Origin: Histomonas meleagridis 2922-C6/04-290x
Lineage: Eukaryota; Protista; Parabasalia
Direction of reading: 5' to 3'
Length of the DNA: 64,000 bases
NCBI GenBank assembly: GCA_020184695.1
Contig: JAANOX010000205.1
Span: forward strand, 947,437 to 1,011,436
Shown here: positions 21,250 to 30,900 of the stretch, one piece after another
How positions within the stretch are numbered: the stretch's first letter is position 1
Layout of the letters: each line of letters begins with the position of its first letter
Program-made: the position numbers and the translations under genes
Notes under the pieces: generated by a model
Seen by the model: only the letters and a program-made list of their open reading frames with translations
What the model was told of the DNA's origin: nothing
Databases searched by the model: none

Positions 21250-24200
21250 TCATGAGTCATTTTCGACCTTTTTCTTTGGCTTTTTCTTTGGTTTCTTTAC
21301 TTTCTTCACCAACTTCTTCTTTGGCTTTTTCTTTGGCGTTTCATTTTTCACTTTTTCATCCACATCTTCACTTGAAGACGAGGAAGAAATTGATGAATTT
21401 GTATCATCAGATTTATCTTTTCTGGATACAGAAGTTGAGTAATCCATTTCGGAGTTATCTTTAATCTGTTCTTCTTTTTGTTTTGTCCATTCTGATTGAG
21501 TTGAGTAATCCATTTCGGAGTTATCTTTGTTTTGTTCTCTTTTATTCTTTGTCCATTCCGATTGAGTTGAGTAATCCATTTCGGAATTATCTTTAAAGTT
21601 TTTACGTTTCTTATTTGTCCATTCTGATTGTGTTGAATAATCCATTTCGGAATCATTTTTATTTTGTTCTTTTTTATTCTTTGTCCATTCCGATTGTGTC
21701 GAATAATCCATTTCAGAGTTATCTTTAAAGTTTTTACGTTTCTTATTAGTCCATTCTGATTGGGTCGAATAATCCATTTCGGAATCTTTGATGTTTTTAC
21801 GTTTCTTATTCGTCCAATCAGAATGTGAAGAAGAATAATCCATTTCTTCATTCTCGAACAAGTTTTTGTTTTTATTTTTATTGTTTTTCTTCTTTTTATC
21901 ATTCCAATCAGAATGTGATGAAGAATAATCCATTTCAAGTTTTATTGATTGTTTTAATGTAGTTGGATTTCCATTATATTCAGATGACGCATCCATTTCT
22001 TCCTTCCGACAGAAGCATAAAACTAATGATAATACAATTATAAATGCAGTAATTCCAATGAAGATATAAAACCCTAAACTTGAAGTATATTTTGATTCAT
22101 GTTCAATTGATGTATAATTAATTGTTTCGCCAATAGAATTATGGACTGTAATTTCTGGTAATATCATTAAATCAGTTGATACTATTACATTAGTTGCATT
22201 TGTTACAATGATATTAAATATTTCCGGATTATTTACATTAAACCAACTTTTATCTATATGAACATTAACAGTTTCACTTGTCGTTGTTAATATTAATTGT
22301 GTATTCGTTGGACAATTTTCATTTGTTTCAACAGATAATAGAATGTTTTCGACATTTGTATTGATTTCAAATGTCGCTTCTTCATTTTTATTAATTAATG
22401 GAGTCATTATATTATTTGTAGATCTTAAACGTATTGAAGAATTCCCTAAAATTATTGTTTGAATTGTATTATCATTAATTGTTAATGAATTAGATATATT
22501 AATATATGTGAATGAATTTTCTGGTATTGATTTAATATCAGTATTTAATGTATCTAATAAAACAGGTAAATCATTTACATTATTTAATTCAGTGTTTGAA
22601 AGTTCAAATGATTTCGCTTTGAAATATTTTAAGTTACTTTGTGATTCAAGTTCAAAATTCATTTTACCATTTGTAAATGAATATGAAACTTGTGTTTCAT
22701 TATGATATATCATTGCAATATTACTATTTGCATCTAATTTAAAACGCGAGAATTCGGATAATATTGAATGTTGTGGGAATGAATATGTACCAGATGCGCA
22801 ATTTATTGTTAAATCATTACCTGTTCGAAAGTTTTCAGTCTCGAAATTTGTTGTTGATGAAATGTTAACAGTATCTGTTTTAGCAGAATATAATACACCA
22901 TAAACATTATCATTAATAGTTACCAAAGGTACAAATGAATTTGTTGATTCTAAAATAATCGAATTATTATCATGTTCAATTAATATATTAGAAATTGATT
23001 CGATTTCTTTAAATGTATTATCAAATGATATTAATGTATTATTTGTTTCGATTATAAATGTAATATTTGGATATTCATCAATATTCGCATCAGATGTAAA
23101 TTTAATTGTATTTGAATATGTTAAAAATGATAATTGATCAATAGAATTAGTATCAATTGTAACTTCATTTGCAATAATATTTTTGTTTGGTTTAAATGTG
23201 ATATCTAATTCTGAATCACTACAATTAACAACAACTATTGGTATATCTCGTGGAACACCAAAGAATCCACTAACTGATGCTATTGATTCCAAAACTACAT
23301 TAAATGTTCCATTAATATTTAAATTATCAAATTTTTCGGGTAATGTTAAACTTAATGTATATGTTGGACCACTTCGTAATAATGGATTAATGACATATGA
23401 TATCTGTGAACTTTGTGTACCCAAAATATTAATGTTCATATTGTTATGTACTGTCATTACTAAATTAACAGTATATGTTGGTGTATCTTCAGTACCAATT
23501 ATCATCTCATCGACTCGTGATAAATCTTCTTCTTCTAATATAATGTTAATTTTTGCATTGTTTTCAATGGTAATTTCAAAGATGTTTTCATCAATACTTA
23601 AAAATGTTATTGTCGATGCATGAAAATGAATTTCAGGAAACATCGACATCTTATGTAAATATAACGTGGATCCATCTTGAAGTATAAAGCCCTGGATATC
23701 TGTAGGATCAGAACTATTCAAATAAAAGTTACTTTTAATTTTTATAGAGCCGTCAATGTCATCGGCAATTGAATTAGAATCGCTTGTGAAGTTCAGAAGT
23801 TCAATTGTTTCATCTGATTTAACTTCAAGTGGTGTATTTGTAAGTGTAAGATGGTTAACTAGAAGTTTATCTAATGGTAAGTTATCACTATTATCATCTT
23901 TAATACGAAGTGATGTGATATCTTTAAATGAGATTTCAATAGGATATTCATTTGGGACATTTTGATCAAAATATACTTTGGTTGGTGTTTGAATTGAGGT
24001 TCCAAGTGATATAAAATTGATTTTCTTTGTTACTGGGAAACTGATTTGGTTGGAAGCAAACGTATATTTGTATTCAGATGAGCCATACGTATCAGGTAAA
24101 TAAATATTAACTATAGGCGCTGGATCTTCAGCAACAGTACGTGGGAATTGACGTGATTGTGTGTGATAATAATTGGAAGTTGAAACATTATATTCATTAC

Positions 24201-24684
24201 ATGCTTTAAGTGAAACATATACATCATAATAACTCCTAAGGCAAAGACAATAATTACTAACAGAAGGTCTTTCAGGAGTATATCTAATCGTGTTTGCTGT
24301 AATGCGGAAATAAGAAAGTTGATGAAGTGTAGTATCTTCGATAATAGATACCGAAATACCTTCAATAGAAACTTTTTGGGATTCAGCATATGGCATTAAT
24401 ACATTCATTTTAACATTTATATTAACTGGATTACTTGAAGTTAAAAGAATTGAAATATTGTTAAATAAACTTGCTGTATTAATATCTATTCCAACCTCTG
24501 TTGAACCTGTTTGGAGTTGAAATATTTTACTTGTACTAGATGTATCGAAATTATATGTGCAAGTTTGAGTTCCATTTGTTATTTCAAAGGTATTTGCTTG
24601 AAGATTAAGGGAATTGAAATTGATGCAATCGCATGTCTCGTCCGCAAAAATGTTCCTTGTAAGGAGAAAAAAGATTGCAATCAT
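21250..24684 (-). CDS. Large type I membrane protein with a repetitive cytoplasmic tail
   Basis: Signal peptide (MIAIFFLLTRNIFA), N/T/I-rich ectodomain, TM (LGFYIFIGITAFIIVLSLVLCFC), EMDYS repeats and a Lys-rich end. Confidence 0.85.
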   Translation of the reverse strand: MIAIFFLLTRNIFADETCDCINFNSLNLQANTFEITNGTQTCTYNFDTSSTSKIFQLQTGSTEVGIDINTASLFNNISILLTSSNPVNINVKMNVLMPYAESQKVSIEGISVSIIEDTTLHQLSYFRITANTIRYTPERPSVSNYCLCLRSYYDVYVSLKACNEYNVSTSNYYHTQSRQFPRTVAEDPAPIVNIYLPDTYGSSEYKYTFASNQISFPVTKKINFISLGTSIQTPTKVYFDQNVPNEYPIEISFKDITSLRIKDDNSDNLPLDKLLVNHLTLTNTPLEVKSDETIELLNFTSDSNSIADDIDGSIKIKSNFYLNSSDPTDIQGFILQDGSTLYLHKMSMFPEIHFHASTITFLSIDENIFEITIENNAKINIILEEEDLSRVDEMIIGTEDTPTYTVNLVMTVHNNMNINILGTQSSQISYVINPLLRSGPTYTLSLTLPEKFDNLNINGTFNVVLESIASVSGFFGVPRDIPIVVVNCSDSELDITFKPNKNIIANEVTIDTNSIDQLSFLTYSNTIKFTSDANIDEYPNITFIIETNNTLISFDNTFKEIESISNILIEHDNNSIILESTNSFVPLVTINDNVYGVLYSAKTDTVNISSTTNFETENFRTGNDLTINCASGTYSFPQHSILSEFSRFKLDANSNIAMIYHNETQVSYSFTNGKMNFELESQSNLKYFKAKSFELSNTELNNVNDLPVLLDTLNTDIKSIPENSFTYINISNSLTINDNTIQTIILGNSSIRLRSTNNIMTPLINKNEEATFEINTNVENILLSVETNENCPTNTQLILTTTSETVNVHIDKSWFNVNNPEIFNIIVTNATNVIVSTDLMILPEITVHNSIGETINYTSIEHESKYTSSLGFYIFIGITAFIIVLSLVLCFCRKEEMDASSEYNGNPTTLKQSIKLEMDYSSSHSDWNDKKKKNNKNKNKNLFENEEMDYSSSHSDWTNKKRKNIKDSEMDYSTQSEWTNKKRKNFKDNSEMDYSTQSEWTKNKKEQNKNDSEMDYSTQSEWTNKKRKNFKDNSEMDYSTQSEWTKNKREQNKDNSEMDYSTQSEWTKQKEEQIKDNSEMDYSTSVSRKDKSDDTNSSISSSSSSEDVDEKVKNETPKKKPKKKLVKKVKKPKKKPKKKVENDS
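21440..21936 (-). repeat. 66-bp (22-aa) coding repeat EMDYS(T/S)xSEW, 8 motif copies
   Basis: TAATCCATTTC at 21440, 21506, 21572, 21638, 21704, 21770, 21836 and 21926. Confidence 0.95.
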
Positions 24685-25059
24685 TGGTTTCTATTGCGGT
24701 TTTTCTTTTCAATTTTCGATCAAAGGAACTGAAAAGCTCCAACGCACTTTTGAAAAACACAATTCATTTGTAAACAACACATAAGAATTTTTTTTCCAAG
24801 CATATGATATAAAGAACATCATGCCTCAAGTAAAAACATTGATTCGATAGGTTCTTCAGAAAAATTAATTAAATTTTTAATTATTTAAATTATCTACTAA
24901 TGATTTGATCAGCAAAGTTCAAAACTCAGGACTCGATTTTGTGTTAATTAATTACGGAAATTAACTTTGAGATTTTTAATGATAATATAATTCCTTAAAA
25001 AAACTTTTTATGGAAGACACCAAAGAGATAATTTTGGTGAACTAAACAATCGTGTGAAA

Positions 25060-26061
25060 TTAGTCATAATATGGGAAAGGAATTGGAAGTTCTGTTGGGA
25101 TTTGGATACAAGATACGTTACAGAATTGATCAATTGAATACTTTCTTCTTATAAAGTTCGCCTCATCTTTTCCAACTTGAAGTAATAATGCATGCGCAAC
25201 TTTACAATAGTGACAAAGATCTTCAAATGAATATTGCGTGTAAGCAGCAAGAGGTTCAGTCCAAGGCTCGACTCCGGCAATAGTTCTTGTCATCATCAAT
25301 GCAGTTGCTGCAATTGCTGATGGTTTAACGCTCATAAATTCAGCAGATGTCATACAGATTTCTGTTATGTATCGGGCAAACAACATAATTTGCAATGTTT
25401 GACCATTAAGGCGCAAAAATATGCTTAAAAAGAAGAGAATAGTTGGGAACTCAGTGTCAAATCCAATTAAGTTAATTAGATTGACTTCCATACTTTTGAG
25501 ATCATTTTCAGTAAATGCATTTTCTGCAATTGTAAGAATATCTTCAATCTGAATTGGTTGGATATCTTCGATTTTTGATGCAATAAGCATTGCAGCACTA
25601 CCAATAAGAGGAAGCTTACATCTAGAAATGTTGGTTCTTGAAATCACTCTATCTAAAATTCCAATACTACGATGGAATGTTTCGGTTGTTAGTTGGCATT
25701 TGTAATGCATTCTACAAAGCCAAAGAACCATAGTACTTCTGTCATTTGGTGTCATTTCCGTTTGTTGGACTGTGAATTCAGGTAAGTTTGTTTCACGAAC
25801 TCTCATTGAACGATAAATAATATGTTCAAATTCAGTCACATCCTGAGGGTCACATGGGAGACCAATTGGCAATTCCACATGAACGAATGGTTTATATGGA
25901 AGTTGTCGGCATAAAATGGGCTTTTGATTATTTTGGTTATTAGGATTTGGAGGTGTTGATCCAGTGCCATTTGATAGTAATGACAAAGGAACTCTTTGTG
26001 GCTTTTGTACCTGGGGCACTTGTTGGTGTTGGAAGCTCTTCTGGTGATTACCAAAAATCAT
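25060..26061 (-). CDS. Mitotic (B-type) cyclin
   Basis: D-box-like RVPLSLLSN and cyclin box DRSTMVLWL...ETFHRSIGILDR...LIGSAAMLIASKIED. The likely start is ATG 26061, because the longer ORF-track version overlaps the neighbouring gene. Confidence 0.9.
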   Translation of the reverse strand: MIFGNHQKSFQHQQVPQVQKPQRVPLSLLSNGTGSTPPNPNNQNNQKPILCRQLPYKPFVHVELPIGLPCDPQDVTEFEHIIYRSMRVRETNLPEFTVQQTEMTPNDRSTMVLWLCRMHYKCQLTTETFHRSIGILDRVISRTNISRCKLPLIGSAAMLIASKIEDIQPIQIEDILTIAENAFTENDLKSMEVNLINLIGFDTEFPTILFFLSIFLRLNGQTLQIMLFARYITEICMTSAEFMSVKPSAIAATALMMTRTIAGVEPWTEPLAAYTQYSFEDLCHYCKVAHALLLQVGKDEANFIRRKYSIDQFCNVSCIQIPTELPIPFPYYD

Positions 26062-26207
26062 TTTAATGCTAAACGTATGAAAACGTATGTACAAACGTAC
26101 GCTTAAAAGAAAAAGTGCATATATTTGCCAACCGAATAAACTTCGAACGAATGACACTTTTTTGTATATCACAATTGTCAAAAATTTCACAATTGCTGAA
26201 TAAGCAG
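26062..26207. promoter_or_regulatory. Divergent promoter region with three AAACGTA repeats
   Basis: 146-nt spacer between the cyclin and synapsin ATGs. AAACGTA(T/C) occurs at 26071, 26081 and 26093. Confidence 0.5.
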
Positions 26208-27395
26208 ATGGAAAAAAAGATTCCAACAGTTCTTGTTGTTGCAAATCCTCATGAAAATTGGTATAAGCTTTGTCAAGACTATGCTGACGTTTTCAATGTT
26301 GAGCAAGCTTGTTGGGAAGATATTTCCCTCACTTCCTATCCAACAAAAGTAATGGTTAATCTTACTGCTTCCAAATATCCAATTCATGAAAGCCAAAAGA
26401 AACGCAGAACAATCAGTCCAGATTTAGTTGTTGTTCGTATGCTTTGTCGATACATCGGCCGACTTGGTACATCACCAGACTATCGTAATGTATTATATGG
26501 TTTCATGCATGCTAACATTCCAATGATTAATTCCTTTTCAGCTCTTTTATGCGAAATTGATCGACCATTAATGGTAGGGCGTCTTAAATTAATCCAAAAA
26601 CGTCTTGGAAAGGAGAACTTCCCTGTTATTCCACAACATTATTATTCCCAATCCCAAGAGATGATCATTACTCCTCAATCTCCATATGTTCTTAAAGTCT
26701 CATATCCGCATGCCGGCTATGGCAAAATGCGCATCAACAACAGTGACCAAATGGATGACATCAAAAGCGTCTTACACTTACACCATGATTACATATCAGC
26801 CGAACCGTTTATTAATTCCGAATATGAAGTTCGAATTGTATACATAGCTCCCGACTATTATAGAGCCCACAAGCGTAAGTCCTTTGAATGGAAAGTTAAT
26901 TATGGCGTTACAAATGAACGTGAAGATATCGAAATGACGCCTAAATACAAAATGTGGGTCGACGCGATCAAAAACACATTTCCCGACATGGACACGTTCT
27001 GCATTGATAGTATCATCGACAAGGAAGGGAAAGAATATATCCTCGAAGTTAATGGATCAGCACAAGGATTCGCACCGGAGCATAACGACGAAGAACTCGC
27101 GAAGATGAGGGAGCTCGTGATGCGAAAGCTGAAGTTAATCGAAGAAAATAACGAAAATGGCGAAAAGAAGCTAATGCTGGAAAGCGAAAAGGATCTCGAG
27201 ATATTGAACTTGAAGAACAAGAACACGTTTTTGGAAACTAAGATCGAGAATTTGGAAAGAAGAAATAAAATGATTCAATCGGATGGCCCAATACCAGAGG
27301 AAGAAGGCGATGGAAACGTTCTGGTGTACGGATTGATCGCTGTGCTGGCAGCTTTGGTATTGTTCCAGTTCTTCTTGATGTGGAAGCGACAATGA
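26208..27395 (+). CDS. Synapsin-like ATP-grasp protein with C-terminal coiled coil and TM anchor
   Basis: PDLVVVR, DYRNVLYGFMHANIPMINS, LGKENFPVI, PYVLKVSYPHAGYGKMR, AEPFI..EYEVRI, WKVN and YILEVNGS match the synapsin C-domain. The C-terminus is LVYGLIAVLAALVLFQFFLMWKRQ*. Confidence 0.85.
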   Translation: MEKKIPTVLVVANPHENWYKLCQDYADVFNVEQACWEDISLTSYPTKVMVNLTASKYPIHESQKKRRTISPDLVVVRMLCRYIGRLGTSPDYRNVLYGFMHANIPMINSFSALLCEIDRPLMVGRLKLIQKRLGKENFPVIPQHYYSQSQEMIITPQSPYVLKVSYPHAGYGKMRINNSDQMDDIKSVLHLHHDYISAEPFINSEYEVRIVYIAPDYYRAHKRKSFEWKVNYGVTNEREDIEMTPKYKMWVDAIKNTFPDMDTFCIDSIIDKEGKEYILEVNGSAQGFAPEHNDEELAKMRELVMRKLKLIEENNENGEKKLMLESEKDLEILNLKNKNTFLETKIENLERRNKMIQSDGPIPEEEGDGNVLVYGLIAVLAALVLFQFFLMWKRQ

Positions 27396-27533
27396 ATAAA
27401 AAGTTTATATAGTAATTGGAATTAGAGGAATTGAAAATATTTGTTTAGAAATCGCCAGAATTTCGTTTTGACTAATACCAAAAATATATTTCTAAACTCA
27501 AACAGCTAGGAAAAGCTTACCAAGATATTCTTC

Positions 27534-27609
27534 GATTACATGTTTAAGCTTCTCGTCGTTGGAGAATCAGGCGTAGTAAAACGTGCTTTTGCGTTTTGAA
27601 GATAATTTC
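27534..27609 (+). pseudogene. Remnant of a Rab1/Ypt1-type GTPase N-terminus
   Basis: GATTACATGTTTAAGCTTCTCGTCGTTGGAGAATCAGGCGTA encodes DYMFKLLVVGESGV. It continues with small deletions through GKTC..L.RFEDNF, and the rest of the gene is absent. Confidence 0.7.
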
Positions 27610-27941
27610 TTGTTGGAAAATGATTAAAAAGTTTAAAAGTGTAGATTTTGTGTTAGCGCAAATGAAATTTAAATGCTAATGCAAAGCGAATTTGTTTTTG
27701 ATAAATAATAAACAAGCGATATTTTGGATGTAGCAAAGCTTTCTGAAAATAATATTTGGTGATAGAGAATGGCTTATGTTTAGCTAAAGTGTCTCTAACA
27801 TGATGCTTACCTGTTACAGAAGAAATTCGACTCAAATAAAGCATTTTAAGCTTTCACGTGTCCAAAGGTTTAACACTGCAATTTACATTAATAATTTTGA
27901 AAATCGAAAATTAAATTCGTTTAGAAATAAAAACCATTTGA

Positions 27942-30900
27942 TCACAGCCATGGGTACCAACCACTATACATTGCGCACAAGTTTTCCTGACTAGTAGCGC
28001 TTTGTATAAGCTTATCCACATGTTTCTTTACGTCCATTTCCACTTCTCCCAAGTCATTACCGTTCAATTTATCCTTAATTCTTTTAACAATTCCATCATC
28101 TTTAATCAAAGGGTCTACATTAAACACCTTCAATATTCCAAGTATTTGTTGCTTATTATTTCTTAATAATTCCATAACATATTCACAACAACTCCTAAAC
28201 GTTCCCTCAACCTCCGATACCTCCATAGCGGTTATAAACGATCTCGTCAATCTAAACGGCACCTTTTCGGGGCACCTCTTTCTTTTCATTGAAATTTCGA
28301 AGCATTCTTTGTAGTCAATATTAATAATTTTGCCGGAGACCGTTTGCATCAAAATATTTTGAAAATGTCTGTTTCCAATACCAATTAAATAACCCAAAAT
28401 CGAAGAAGCCACTAAAGAAGTAGTATAATTAATTCTTCTTACTAACCAATGAGTAGAATTAGAAGCTTCTAATAATAAAATCGATTTAATTTCATCACCT
28501 TCAGTATCTTTAATACTTAAATTATATCTTTTTATCTTTTCATCCAAAGATAAATTGTCATAAGAAACGTTACAATTTTTTGATGCGATTTTATATTCAT
28601 AATTTTCGATGATGTTTGGCTTTTTACTTGAACGAATTCTTTTTATTATATGATTTAAAGTTTTACTACCAGAGAACCATGAAATTATACCGACTTCGTT
28701 TGAGAATGGTATGACTTTATTTATAGATATTGTTAACTTTTGTGAGAATGGAATTGATGAATGATTAATTATCGCGTTTATATAATTAAACAAGTTCATA
28801 ATTCGATGTTGGATACGTAAATCCTCATTATTAAGTATGATGAAAATATATTTTTTACCATTTGAACCGACAAATACAATTTTTAATTGTCGTTCTTTCG
28901 ATTTAATAATTTGTATTTCGTTTTGTACATTATCTATAGTTATTAACTTCTCATTATTATTATCATATGTACCGGGAATTATAATTTCAAGTTTACGTAA
29001 GTGTTTAATGTCAGTGATTGTATCGATTAATGATAATGTTTTAGGTGTTTTAATGATTTGATTAATGATATTTAATATTTTTGAATATATTTTTAATGAT
29101 TTATTTATATATTTCGAATTATTTGTTTCATTATATTTGTTTATATTCTTTTCAGCTTTTGTTAATACATTTTCAAATAATTTAATGAAACAAATTTCTT
29201 TAAATGTCTTTTGTTTAGTTTTAGTTTCATTATGTAAATCTAATAAATTATTAATAAATGTTTCGGGTTTATTGGAATGTAATAACTTCGTAATCAAAAT
29301 TTGCCATTTGTTCCATAAAGTTAATGAAATATTAATCATTTCATTTGAAAACAAATCATATTGTAAGAATAAGTTCAAATGTTTTGTTGTCGAATTAATA
29401 CGATTAATTAAATCAATTATTAATTCTTTTTGAGGTAAATTACTTTTAATTGGTACATATAAATATTGTAATATTAAATGTGGATGTTCATTTGATACAT
29501 TATATAAAATCTCTTCAATTAATTCCTTTAAGTTTTCGTTATTAATATTATTTAGTTTTGCTATTAAATATGGAATAGAATTTAACCAAAAAATCGATGG
29601 AATTTTATATAAGTTTTTCATTAAAAGTTTATAAATTTCTTCATTCCCATATTTAAATAACTTTGAAATGATTAAAAACAAAAATTTATCATTGTCATTA
29701 TCAATAGAAATAATTCCATTTAATAAAGCTTTAAATGAATTTATTAAATAATTTTCATTACTTTTATCTTCTTTAAATAATTCGAAGTTAATTTTTCCCC
29801 AAATTGTCCATAACTCAGATAAATTATCATTATTTTTATCATTAATAACATTCTCTAATATTGATTTTGCTTCTAATTTCTTATTCATTGATAATAACCA
29901 TTTAGTTAATATAATTCGTGAGTTAACATTAACTAAATTATTTGATATTAAATTAATTGCTTCATCTTTTTTATTTGATTTCCATAATATTTGTGACTTA
30001 TAAAGATTATAAATGTTATTCATTTCGATGTTATTTTTATTCTTTTTAATTAAATTACTTAATAATGATTGTGCAATTTGTATTTTGTTTTCTTCAATTA
30101 ATGAATTAAATAAACGATTCCAATATATATTTAATTGTGAATTATTTAATACAATCGAATGAATACAAATGTTTTCTAATAATATCGTCGAATCATTTGT
30201 TAATCGATCGAATCTTGATTTCCATTTATTTGTTATATTATTTAATTTTTCTTTGATTAAATTCGATTCGATTAAATCACTATTTACTAATTTTATTTGT
30301 AATTTCTTATATTCAATAACTTCTTCAATTTCATTTAAGTTACTTAAAACTGAAAAATTATAATATAAATTATCATAATTTTCAGAATCTAATGATAACA
30401 TTTGATAAGAATTTTCGAATTGTGTTAATAATAATTTTTCAGCTTCATCGAATTTATCATTAATTATATAATAATAAATTTTATATAAATTATCATCTTT
30501 TAATTTGGATGCAATTCGATTAAATTTACTCTTCTTAAATAAATACCAACATGAAGCTGTTTTATACAAAGGGAAATTATTAATATTTTTCTCTTTAATT
30601 AATTGATTATAATTATGTAATGAATAAAGACAATTAAATTTGCCTTTAAGTAATTCAATATCATTTGATGAATTCTTAAGTTTTTGTTCATATATTTTTA
30701 ATGCTTTATCCCATAAACCTAATTTTTCATATAATTCTAATTTCTTGTTTTTAATGTTTATGTTCATTTTCTTAGTTTTAGTTAATATACCTTTAGCTGC
30801 TAAATTTAATCCAAGTTTTTGATTTATATTTATTAAATCTTCAATCGAATCATTAAATAATTCTTCTGATTGTCGAAGTGATGGATATAAGAAATCATTT

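Noticed and set aside
21348-21938. 196-aa alternative-frame ORF with KWII repeats
   Set aside because: A shadow frame of the 66-bp coding repeat inside the membrane-protein gene.
26062-26244. Apparent overlap of the cyclin and synapsin ORFs, and other N-terminal extensions in the ORF track
   Set aside because: These arise from TTG/GTG starts allowed by the track. With first ATGs the genes do not overlap.
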